Source: a virus. From it: DNA of 64,000 nt. Location of the stretch: IMG/VR virus record IMGVR_UViG_3300045988_183585, positions 1-64,000 of that record. One strand, given 5' to 3'. The number at the start of each line of letters is the position of its first letter. The stretch's first letter is position 1. Below, in pieces: positions 54,698 to 62,605 of the stretch. The position numbers and the translations under genes are program-made. The notes below the pieces were generated by a model that worked only from the letters and a program-made list of their open reading frames with translations, had not been told where the DNA came from and ran no database searches.

Positions 54698-55882
54698 TCA
54701 ATCAGGGTCCCTGCATTCCGCCATGAGTTCGATGAGGTCCCACCCGAAAAGAACACGGTGTCCATATTCGGGGGAGTCTGCATCACAGCAGACAGCACCA
54801 AAGATGTTTGTCCGTGCATCCGGAAAGATTTCGGTAAGCACAAAACTTGTACCGAGCGTATCGAAAATCTCTCTGTAGGTTACATCGAGCTCTTTCCACG
54901 CTTCAAGCATTTCAGCCCAAGACGACATACTCGTCTGCCGTGAGTGGGCCATGCGTTTTGTGAGACTTATTTTGTTCTTGTAAAACAAAGCCTCCTCATC
55001 TTTAGCCTTCAGCACCGTCAGCACTGTTTTGTCTTCGAAGTCATCTTCGTAAAGTGCAAGTTCAATGTCCTTAGCCCTCACATCTACCTTTTTGCCAGCG
55101 TTTTTCCCCTTGACGTATTCGAGTACGACGGAGGAATTGGGCTTCTCATGGTTGATGCTGAGAATCCGGACAATGGGGCTGCGAGGTTTCCCCGGCTTGA
55201 GGGGGAATTCACGACCGAAGTCCGCTGCACACAGCTCGTGCTTCGGAAGCGACTCTTTGCTTACTCTCCGGTCAACCATTGCCTTTCGACAGTAGGCATC
55301 CCAAAAGATTTTCTCGTCTGGAATCTCCGGATTGTCGAAATACGTCGAGTGGGCGAAGGTGAAATCAAAGTGAAAGAGGGGAAATGCAGCTCCATTAAGG
55401 GTGAACCGTCGTTTCTCTCTGCCTTTCACAAAGCAACGTGCTGACCACTGTTCAGCGGCTACCTTTACGGCCCGTTCCAACTTTTCCTGCAGTTCGTCTA
55501 TAAACGTCGGCTGCGGGGCCCCCATCTGTGACAGCTTTTCGAGAAGCGGTGACAGCTTTTCGAGAAGCAAGATGTTCACAGAATAGTGTGTGAGATAGAA
55601 GCATTCATCGTCATCGGAGACTTTGATGTCTGCCAGCGCATCAGGAAAATCACTTCCGTAGGATACATAAGTCTCTGTTGTCCGGCAGAATGTAGTTGGG
55701 TCAATACCCAAACGCTTCACTCCAAAGGGGTCTCCCTCACAGTCAGGTTCATTGCTGAACGCCTTTTGGACGACATCAATGATTGTGTCACGGATATTCT
55801 CCATGATGATAGCATTGGCGTGATACTTTTCGTGCTTGAGGATAGGTCTTGGAACCATCGTGTCAATGGCACGCAAATCCAT
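54698..55882 (-). CDS. P-family paralog 1, first gene of unit G
   Basis: DCEGDPFGVKRLG, IPDEKIFWDAYC, EEALFYKNK, YREIF, FGWDLI. Confidence 0.65.
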   Translation of the reverse strand: MDLRAIDTMVPRPILKHEKYHANAIIMENIRDTIIDVVQKAFSNEPDCEGDPFGVKRLGIDPTTFCRTTETYVSYGSDFPDALADIKVSDDDECFYLTHYSVNILLLEKLSPLLEKLSQMGAPQPTFIDELQEKLERAVKVAAEQWSARCFVKGREKRRFTLNGAAFPLFHFDFTFAHSTYFDNPEIPDEKIFWDAYCRKAMVDRRVSKESLPKHELCAADFGREFPLKPGKPRSPIVRILSINHEKPNSSVVLEYVKGKNAGKKVDVRAKDIELALYEDDFEDKTVLTVLKAKDEEALFYKNKISLTKRMAHSRQTSMSSWAEMLEAWKELDVTYREIFDTLGTSFVLTEIFPDARTNIFGAVCCDADSPEYGHRVLFGWDLIELMAECRDPD

Positions 55883-56082
55883 GTTTTTCTCCTTTCTCCC
55901 CGCCTACAAAGAGGACTTATGGGAATCCCAAATGTATGATAATATATAAAAAAAAGACAGCCATCCCAAGATTGGGATAACTGTCTGAATTTATGTGGTG
56001 ACTTGAAAACGGAGATAATCTCCTTTATAAAAATAGCTTCGTAATTATACTTCTATACTACCACAAACAGATACTTTGTCAA
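55883..56082 (-). promoter_or_regulatory. reiterated promoter-leader cassette, copy G
   Basis: Same architecture as copy A. The -35 is TTGACA and the -10 region reads tggtagtatagaagtataat. Confidence 0.6.
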
Positions 56083-56099
56083 TGAATTTAAGGCGAAAA

Positions 56100-56128
56100 A
56101 AAGAAGCTCCCGAAGGAGCTTCTTTCAA
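56100..56128 (-). terminator. intrinsic terminator ending unit H
   Basis: agaagctcc cgaa ggagcttct. Confidence 0.6.
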
Positions 56129-56139
56129 AATTGTTGTAA

Positions 56140-56643
56140 TTATTCGGTTTTCACAGCCGGCGTGGTGACACCATCGAAGATATTGCCGATGACACGGTAT
56201 TTAGTGCCGAGCAGCTTGCAGAACGGTACGAAATGGCCGTTATCATAGGCTTCATCCATCAGCTCTGCCGCTGTCTTCGTCTTCAGAGACTCATTCACCA
56301 GCAGGCCAAAGGAACCGTTGCGGAACACGACTGTGTGCTCGTTAAAACGAGCCGTGGGGTGGAAGCCCTCAAAAGTCTCCACAATGTCTCCCTCGAATAC
56401 CTTGGTTCCATCCTTGTCGTCGATACCGGTATACTGCGTAACGGTATCCGCGTAGACACCGCAAACGTCGCGGCTTTCAGCCGTGTCGGACAAGTACGTG
56501 TAGATGATGGCGAAGTCCTTCGGGCTATTATGGGGACGTGCGGCGCCCCCGTAAACCCAAATTCCCGGCAAGGGTGCTCCGGTTGCCATGCGAACTTTCT
56601 CACCATGCCGCCGAATCTGGCCGCGAAACAGAATTTCTTTCAT
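56140..56643 (-). CDS. YopX-like protein
   Basis: MKEILFRGQ.. opening and a GNIFDG region, typical of the phage-associated YopX family. Start has a GAAAGGAGAAAAAACA RBS. Confidence 0.5.
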   Translation of the reverse strand: MKEILFRGQIRRHGEKVRMATGAPLPGIWVYGGAARPHNSPKDFAIIYTYLSDTAESRDVCGVYADTVTQYTGIDDKDGTKVFEGDIVETFEGFHPTARFNEHTVVFRNGSFGLLVNESLKTKTAAELMDEAYDNGHFVPFCKLLGTKYRVIGNIFDGVTTPAVKTE

Positions 56644-56664
56644 TGTTTTTTCTCCTTTCATTTT

Positions 56665-56967
56665 TCAATACATCCCATGGAGCTTTTTCCACTTGGCTTT
56701 ATCCATCCAAGGACCGTCGAAGCTGTCGTCCACACATTCAGTACGGAGACAGTTGGGGCAAACGAGACAGTCCACAGCCCGCCGAATACGACCGGTCTTG
56801 AAACGCACCCCATGCTGGATGATTTCTTCCTCCTCCACGAAGTAGCTCGGTTCAAGCTCGCAGCCACAGGTGCCGCAGATGCCGAATGGGTTCGTATCGC
56901 CCTTGTAGGTGCCGTTCTGCTTCTGGATGTTTTCCTGAATCACCACACGATAATCTGTCGCAGCCAT
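56665..56967 (-). CDS. Cys-rich small protein
   Basis: CGTCGC..CLVCPNC. Confidence 0.45.
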   Translation of the reverse strand: MAATDYRVVIQENIQKQNGTYKGDTNPFGICGTCGCELEPSYFVEEEEIIQHGVRFKTGRIRRAVDCLVCPNCLRTECVDDSFDGPWMDKAKWKKLHGMY

Positions 56968-57701
56968 CAAGATTGCACCTCCTCAAATTCAATGACCCAT
57001 ACCCACGGGTTCCCGTCCCACTTGGACAGGACCTTGTGTTCGGGAATCGTGCTGTCCCACAGCTTGATAAACTTCTCCTGAAGGGACGTGGTGTTCTCGC
57101 CGGAGGTACTGTCACAGGTGATGCCCTCCTTAGTGAAGTCCTCGTCCTTCATGTCATTCAAATGTTCCAACCGCACATCCGTCACACGCAGGAAAATGCG
57201 TGCCGCCTCTTTGGGCATATGAATGGACGGTGTCCAGCGAATGAGGGAACTCACCTCAGGGGAGTTTTTCAAATCCTCATCCGAATAATCGGCCTTGTAG
57301 AGCCAGCGGTTGAAATCGCAGGCACAAGTCGTCTCACGGACATACAGGATATCGCCCTTATCAAACGGGGCGCGAAAGCTGCGGATGACAGCATCCGTAT
57401 CAGCAAAGGCTGCCACGAGACGCCCATCACCGTCACGGTACAGACCTTCCGCTCGTTTGCCGGCGAAGTGAAACGCACCACGGCGTGTTACCGTCTTGCG
57501 CCCCTCGCGGATGGCACGTACCATCTCGCCGTTGAACAGGATAGGCTTCGGCTTCTTGTCCTTGAAGATGTCGGGGTCATAGTGGACACCGGCTTTCTCG
57601 CGCAGCTCCTTACAGCGGGAACCTCTGTAGATGCTGGTATCGCACTCTCTGACAGGGCAATTCGTGAAGCAGGCGCTTCTGTCCTCGGTAGGCTTTGTCA
57701 T
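56967..57701 (-). CDS. ASCH/PUA-like domain protein
   Basis: KPILFNGEMVRAIREGRKTVTRR resembles the ASCH-domain N-terminus common in phage-borne proteins. Start at MTKPTED, with an AAAGGAG RBS. Confidence 0.45.
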   Translation of the reverse strand: MTKPTEDRSACFTNCPVRECDTSIYRGSRCKELREKAGVHYDPDIFKDKKPKPILFNGEMVRAIREGRKTVTRRGAFHFAGKRAEGLYRDGDGRLVAAFADTDAVIRSFRAPFDKGDILYVRETTCACDFNRWLYKADYSDEDLKNSPEVSSLIRWTPSIHMPKEAARIFLRVTDVRLEHLNDMKDEDFTKEGITCDSTSGENTTSLQEKFIKLWDSTIPEHKVLSKWDGNPWVWVIEFEEVQS

Positions 57702-57721
57702 GTTTTTTCTCCTTTCTTCTT

Positions 57722-58273
57722 TCAACTGCTCCAGCGCATCCATTCAGGTACAGGTCCGTAGCCGCGCTGCGCTTGCGGGGCAGCAGGGTAGGGGTACGGT
57801 CTCGCTCCTGCTACATGAGCCACAGCAACCGTTCCGCAGCCGCCGGACGGTGTCCTGTACTGCCGAATCGCCGGCGCGTACAGGAACCCGTCTACAGCTT
57901 GCCTTACGGTCATAGCCGAAAACTTCGGCGCTCTCCAGCGATGCTCCTTCGAGTAATAGATTTCACGCACTCTGCACGTTGCGACCGTGACAGGGACACG
58001 TGGGTCATCTACTGTGTGCTCACAGACAATAGCAATAGATGTCTTGCCAACTCTGGCCGCATCTTCAACCATTCTCTGCAATGCAAGGCGCTGGCCGTAG
58101 GGCATAGCAGCATCACGGTGCTTTACTTCGAAAAACACATATCCCTTATCATGATATTCGATTAGTCCGTCGATATCGGTAGGGTAGAGGTTGTGCTTGT
58201 TTTCGATGGTCATGCCCGTGAAGCTGATGAGCTGTTTCATCCTCGTGGGAAATTTAATGTAGTCCTTCCTCAC
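57722..58273 (-). CDS. hypothetical protein with PD-(D/E)xK-like motif
   Basis: DIDGLIEYHDKGYVFFEVK. GTG start 7 nt after AGGAGG. Confidence 0.4.
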   Translation of the reverse strand: MRKDYIKFPTRMKQLISFTGMTIENKHNLYPTDIDGLIEYHDKGYVFFEVKHRDAAMPYGQRLALQRMVEDAARVGKTSIAIVCEHTVDDPRVPVTVATCRVREIYYSKEHRWRAPKFSAMTVRQAVDGFLYAPAIRQYRTPSGGCGTVAVAHVAGARPYPYPAAPQAQRGYGPVPEWMRWSS

Positions 58274-58305
58274 GGGTGTTTCCTCCTTTCTTTGAGGCAT
58301 CCCCC

Positions 58306-58638
58306 TTAGCGGGGGATGCCCTTGCCGTTTTTCAGCATCGAAATGACCTTCGCAGCAACGGCATCGTCGGCTACAAACTGGTTATAGCCGTTCTTCAGAC
58401 TGTTGCTGGAAAAGTCCTTTGTGTCCTTGGCGTAGCGGCACATAGACTGGCTGGAAATCGGGCCGTAGATGGAGTGCTCGGTGTTTACGTAGACACAGCT
58501 ATCGCCGCAGGTCACGAAACCGGAGCATCCGCGCCGCTGCCCATTGACAGCGATATTCTTCAGTTCGACCTTGATTTCCATACCGTGCTGCTCCGCCAGT
58601 GTGGTGAGGCTGTTTTTCAGCTTAGTTGCAAACAACAT
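58306..58638 (-). CDS. hypothetical protein
   Basis: 110-aa ORF. Confidence 0.5.
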   Translation of the reverse strand: MLFATKLKNSLTTLAEQHGMEIKVELKNIAVNGQRRGCSGFVTCGDSCVYVNTEHSIYGPISSQSMCRYAKDTKDFSSNSLKNGYNQFVADDAVAAKVISMLKNGKGIPR

Positions 58639-58641
58639 AGC

Positions 58642-59271
58642 TCACACCGCCTTTCGTTCCACCCAGACATCGCCCCGCTTTGCACACTCGTAGTGGTAGG
58701 GGCAGTCGTAGTGGGAATCGCAGCCTTCATCAACGAAGGTCTGGCAGGTGGCGCAGTCCAGATTGTGATGCAGCAGCCGCCGGATAACATCCCGTGCATT
58801 AACGGTTTCGACCGCAAGGTAGGAAAAGGCTCTCGCCTTGACGCTTGCGTCGTGCTCGTCCGTATAGTAGAGAGAAGACGCACAGAGAACCTTTGCTCCG
58901 AACACATGGCGGCACTCCTCATTGGAGAGCATCTCGCCGACGAACGGGAAAAGCCCGCGTCTGGCTCTGAGCTGATTGCTGACGAAAGCGTGTGTGTTCT
59001 TCGCCAGCTCCACGCCCTCATGAGCCTCCTCCAGTGTGTCGAAGGACAACGCACACACATCCACCAAAGAGCTTTCGCCGACAGGGGAGTGGTTCACATA
59101 GAGCATCACGTACTTCTTGCTGGGCAGAGTCGCAGTTCTTGCTGCATCCTCGCCCTTGAGACACACATAACGCGCCACGTTGTCGTTCCAAACGAACTGC
59201 TTACAGGAAGCACAGGTATTCTCCGGCTTGTCACATCCGGATTTTGTCTCAACGACCTTGATGTTTGCCAT
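58642..59271 (-). CDS. Cys-rich hypothetical protein, first gene of unit H
   Basis: Start at MANIKVV after the cassette RBS. Confidence 0.55.
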   Translation of the reverse strand: MANIKVVETKSGCDKPENTCASCKQFVWNDNVARYVCLKGEDAARTATLPSKKYVMLYVNHSPVGESSLVDVCALSFDTLEEAHEGVELAKNTHAFVSNQLRARRGLFPFVGEMLSNEECRHVFGAKVLCASSLYYTDEHDASVKARAFSYLAVETVNARDVIRRLLHHNLDCATCQTFVDEGCDSHYDCPYHYECAKRGDVWVERKAV

Positions 59272-59472
59272 AGTTTTCTCCTTTCTCCCAGCCTTTTGTA
59301 AGGACTTACGGGAACACAAAAATGTATGAAAATATATAAAAAAAGACAGCCACCCCAAGATTGGGATAACTGTCTGAATTTATGTGGTGACTTGGAAAAC
59401 GGAGATAATCTCCTTTATAAAAATAGCTTCGTAATTATAATTCTATACTACCACAGTTTGATATTTTGTCAA
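59272..59472 (-). promoter_or_regulatory. reiterated promoter-leader cassette, copy H
   Basis: -35 tgtcaa at ~59467-59472 (plus coordinates). -10 atacta at ~59445-59450. Palindrome at 59401-59413. Hairpin at 59345-59376 with an A-run at 59338-59344 (a U-run in the RNA). Confidence 0.6.
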
Positions 59473-59498
59473 CTATATACACAAACTAAAAAAAAGAA

Positions 59499-59524
59499 AA
59501 AGAGCCGCCGAAGCGACTCTTTTT
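59499..59524 (-). terminator. intrinsic terminator ending unit I
   Basis: agagccgc cgaa gcgactct plus a T-run. Confidence 0.55.
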
Positions 59525-59536
59525 CCGTTGCAAAGT

Positions 59537-60502
59537 TTAGTTTTCGATGAATATGGGCGTCATATCCTGCACGCAGGTGTAGCGGCCACGAAGAGCGTCG
59601 ATTTTTGCCTGAGCATCCTCGAAGGTAGCAAACTTCTGTGCGGAAGAGACAAAAGAGGTTATGTGCATCCTGCTGCGGCTGATTTTCTCCAAATACTTGC
59701 CGGAAAAACCGCCTTTGGCGAACATCACCGCATAGGGTTTCGGTGCCATCAGCTTGTCTGTGGCGGGTTTGACTTCCAGATTGAACCTCTGAAACAGGTC
59801 TCCGAGCTGTTCGGACGCATCTTCGGCGCTGGTAAACAACAGTGCATCGCACGCTTCCTTCACATAGTGGACCGTTCTTGAACCTCCGAACTTCTCGAAC
59901 CCGCTTACGTAGCCATAGCTACGATGCTTCAGCACGACAGGCCCATCCACAGCCTTTGTATTCTTCGGGGCGGGGCGCAGGCGTTCGCCGCGCCGCGTTC
60001 CGCTGAACGACATGAAGATGTAGTGGTCCTCGTGGTCTTTCAGCATCTCACGCGCCTCATCCAGCCAGACCTCCAGCTCGTCCGTCGTTCTGACGTACTT
60101 CCACAGAAGGTGCTCACCGGAGGTGTAGGGCATCAGCGTTACGTTCAGGTCATTGACGCCGGGGTTGCCTGCGAGGATGTCCTCCAAAGAGGCGGCGTCC
60201 TTCACCGCACGAGCGAACCACTTCCGTGTCTGAGCCCCGTTGAGCCACTTGCTGCCGTACACCATGCACTCGGTATCGTTCTCAGCGAAGGTGTCATTTA
60301 TCTTCGCCATGAACTCTTCTTCCGGCAGCTCCAGAGCGTTACGGCCCATCATAATGAACCAGTGACGCTCACGCACTTCACGGCGTTTGGAGTTTTTATC
60401 GTAGATAACCTCGGTGCAGTTGTTGCTGCCGCCCAGTGCCAAAGGAATGATGCCGCGAGTCGTCTTGATGAACGTGCGAGAATCAATGATAGTGTATCCC
60501 AT
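59537..60502 (-). CDS. hypothetical protein
   Basis: 321-aa ORF. Confidence 0.55.
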   Translation of the reverse strand: MGYTIIDSRTFIKTTRGIIPLALGGSNNCTEVIYDKNSKRREVRERHWFIMMGRNALELPEEEFMAKINDTFAENDTECMVYGSKWLNGAQTRKWFARAVKDAASLEDILAGNPGVNDLNVTLMPYTSGEHLLWKYVRTTDELEVWLDEAREMLKDHEDHYIFMSFSGTRRGERLRPAPKNTKAVDGPVVLKHRSYGYVSGFEKFGGSRTVHYVKEACDALLFTSAEDASEQLGDLFQRFNLEVKPATDKLMAPKPYAVMFAKGGFSGKYLEKISRSRMHITSFVSSAQKFATFEDAQAKIDALRGRYTCVQDMTPIFIEN

Positions 60503-60533
60503 GATTTTTCTCCTTTCTTTGCATGAAGCAGCC

Positions 60534-60803
60534 TCACATCACACCATCGTCAACGACATCAATAAAACCGTATTTCAGGCTGTCGTTAATGCCGTGAACG
60601 CTGTGCCCGTTATCGAAATCCTTGCGGAGCTGAGAAGCAGAGGTCTTGGCATCGCCTTCGCCATACTCGAACATCTCAGTCTCGACGCAATTCGACACGA
60701 TTTTCTTCAGCTTTGTGTGAGAGGTCGTTGCAGCGACCAAGCGCATGGAGTCTCTTGACTTCCATGCATCGCAGGAAAACACGATGTAAATTGGCTTATT
60801 CAC
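60534..60803 (-). CDS. hypothetical protein
   Basis: 89-aa ORF. Confidence 0.5.
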   Translation of the reverse strand: MNKPIYIVFSCDAWKSRDSMRLVAATTSHTKLKKIVSNCVETEMFEYGEGDAKTSASQLRKDFDNGHSVHGINDSLKYGFIDVVDDGVM

Positions 60804-61383
60804 AGTCCTTGCTCCTTTCTTTCCGGCCTTTACGGTCGATTTCAGCCACAGGATAGGGCGATGCCTTTCTCATGTTGCTGTCCATGATTCTCATTACATG
60901 AATGAGCATCTCGGAATAAGCACGATGCATCGTCTCGTAGCGGGCACGCCATGTATTATCATCATTGTCGTTGACGCGGGAACTCAACCCCATGCTGTAA
61001 TACAGCGCAGAGTCGATATCCACCATCTCCGCATCTGTCAGGTGGCAGATGTATGCTCCCAGCTCGTTCGTGGAGACTGCCATCGGCTGCTCACACAACG
61101 CCGTGCTGGGGCGGCTGGTGCTGGTGATGAGTACATGAGATGGAAGCTGCATCTTCGGGGAAGACGTGGTAAACACGACCTCCACGACGCTGCTGTACCG
61201 GTTCAGGTCGTCAGCGGATACGACGATAGCGGGACGATGGCCTCTGATAACAGAGCTGTTAGAGGGCTGGCCGTCCTTGTCTCTGAACTGACTTCCTCCC
61301 GGTGCCCAAGGAGAATAAATCTCAATCTCTTTGGCATTGACCCAGAACACATCACCCCTGCGGATGATGCCTTTTCTACCCAT
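60796..61383 (-). CDS. MazF/PemK-like toxin domain protein with ~70-aa C-terminal extension
   Basis: RRGDVFWVN..GSQ..RPAIVVSADDLN..VVEVVFTTS fits the PemK/MazF core. Confidence 0.5.
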   Translation of the reverse strand: MGRKGIIRRGDVFWVNAKEIEIYSPWAPGGSQFRDKDGQPSNSSVIRGHRPAIVVSADDLNRYSSVVEVVFTTSSPKMQLPSHVLITSTSRPSTALCEQPMAVSTNELGAYICHLTDAEMVDIDSALYYSMGLSSRVNDNDDNTWRARYETMHRAYSEMLIHVMRIMDSNMRKASPYPVAEIDRKGRKERSKDCE

Positions 61384-61591
61384 AGATATGGACCTCCTTT
61401 CCGTCAGAATTGGTCACGCACAGGGGAACGCCGAAAAAAGACAGAACCGACTCAATCGGCTCTGTCTCCATGCAGCCAAGGTGACAACGCTTATTTTCGT
61501 AGGTCGCCTCGACATATTTCTCGTTCACCATGATGGGTTCGTGGCAAATGCAGCATTCGCCGGCGTAACGAATTTTCTTTTTTACTTTCAC
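61376..61591 (-). CDS. small zinc-finger protein (possible cognate antitoxin)
   Basis: CCICHEPI..CHLGC. Overlaps the toxin start by 8 nt. Confidence 0.4.
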   Translation of the reverse strand: MKVKKKIRYAGECCICHEPIMVNEKYVEATYENKRCHLGCMETEPIESVLSFFGVPLCVTNSDGKEVHIYG

Positions 61592-61612
61592 AATGAATTT
61601 ACTCCTTTCTTT

Positions 61613-61816
61613 TCAATGTTGCCGAGACAGTGTTACGGCTGCTTGCTGGCGTCGTCTTTCACAGATTTTTCGCTGCTCTTCGATAGCTTCGTGAGCCTTC
61701 GCAATACACTGCTTCGCACGCCTATCCTGTTCAGAAGAGAAAGAGGCATAGCGCTCGGAGTAGACGGAATCCATACGCTCGGCTCTCTCGATTAACTCAT
61801 ACAGCGGTGTAGACAT
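61613..61816 (-). CDS. small hypothetical protein
   Basis: 67-aa ORF. Confidence 0.4.
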   Translation of the reverse strand: MSTPLYELIERAERMDSVYSERYASFSSEQDRRAKQCIAKAHEAIEEQRKICERRRQQAAVTLSRQH

Positions 61817-61832
61817 AGCTTCTCCTCCTCGT

Positions 61833-62105
61833 TTATTGAATGTTCATGCCTACAGCGCGAGGCCCTTCTTTGGACCAAGTTTCCTTGAGCCAGTGATAGG
61901 TGATTGTGCTATCTTCAGGACTCTTGTCTGGATAACAGGGAAGGTATGCTGCGGAGTACAAATCTCTGCATTGACTGAAATACACATGATTCCAGTCAGC
62001 CCACACATCGCCAAGAGAACTGATAGCTCGCTTGAACGACCGAAAGCTCTGCGGCGTGTGAACTACGATGGCATTTGCTCCGTTCCACTTTCCATTCCAC
62101 ATCAT
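61833..62105 (-). CDS. hypothetical protein
   Basis: 90-aa ORF. Confidence 0.45.
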   Translation of the reverse strand: MMWNGKWNGANAIVVHTPQSFRSFKRAISSLGDVWADWNHVYFSQCRDLYSAAYLPCYPDKSPEDSTITYHWLKETWSKEGPRAVGMNIQ

Positions 62106-62368
62106 TGCGCTTCACCTCCGCGATACGAAGGTCTCCGCTTGGACCTGAACGGCGGCATTATCGGTGCGTTGTAGCTGGTCAGCTCACCAGTCAACTTCAC
62201 GGGCACACAGGCGAGCAGACCTCGCTGCTGTCTGTACTGATGCGCCAGATTGTTGCGGGCCTGACGCTCCGATACGGCCATGGTCGTACCACCCCACTTA
62301 TTCGTGGAGATGTCGTCATATACACGGATAGGGCCGAGGTAGCGATAAACCTTTTTTGGCTGTGCCAT
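62102..62368 (-). CDS. hypothetical basic protein, first gene of unit I
   Basis: Start at MAQPKKV after the cassette RBS. Confidence 0.45.
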   Translation of the reverse strand: MAQPKKVYRYLGPIRVYDDISTNKWGGTTMAVSERQARNNLAHQYRQQRGLLACVPVKLTGELTSYNAPIMPPFRSKRRPSYRGGEAQ

Positions 62369-62549
62369 AGTTCATTTCTCCTTTCTTTTTCTTGTAAAAT
62401 GTATGAAAATATATAAAAAAAGACAGCCATCCCGAAAATGGGATAACTGTCTTGATTACGTATGGTGACTTGGAAACGGAGATAATCTCCTTTATAAAAA
62501 TAGCTTCGTAATTATACTTCTATACTACCACAGTTTGATATTTTGTCAA
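62369..62549 (-). promoter_or_regulatory. reiterated promoter-leader cassette, copy I (short form like copy B)
   Basis: Hairpin agacagttatcccattttcgggatggctgtct, with compensatory changes. Confidence 0.6.
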
Positions 62550-62567
62550 TTCTTTTTGGGCTTAAAA

Positions 62568-62600
62568 TATGAGGACGGATACTATTTGCATCCGTCCTCG
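62568..62600 (-). terminator. intrinsic terminator after the low-GC gene
   Basis: gaggacggat actatttgc atccgtcctc. Confidence 0.55.
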
Positions 62601-62605
62601 TTTGC

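Noticed and set aside
28490-62549. Possible CRISPR array because of regularly recurring repeats
   Set aside because: Repeats are ~200 bp, separated by 3-7 kb of protein-coding DNA. They contain promoters and RBSs. No cas genes and no short regular spacers.
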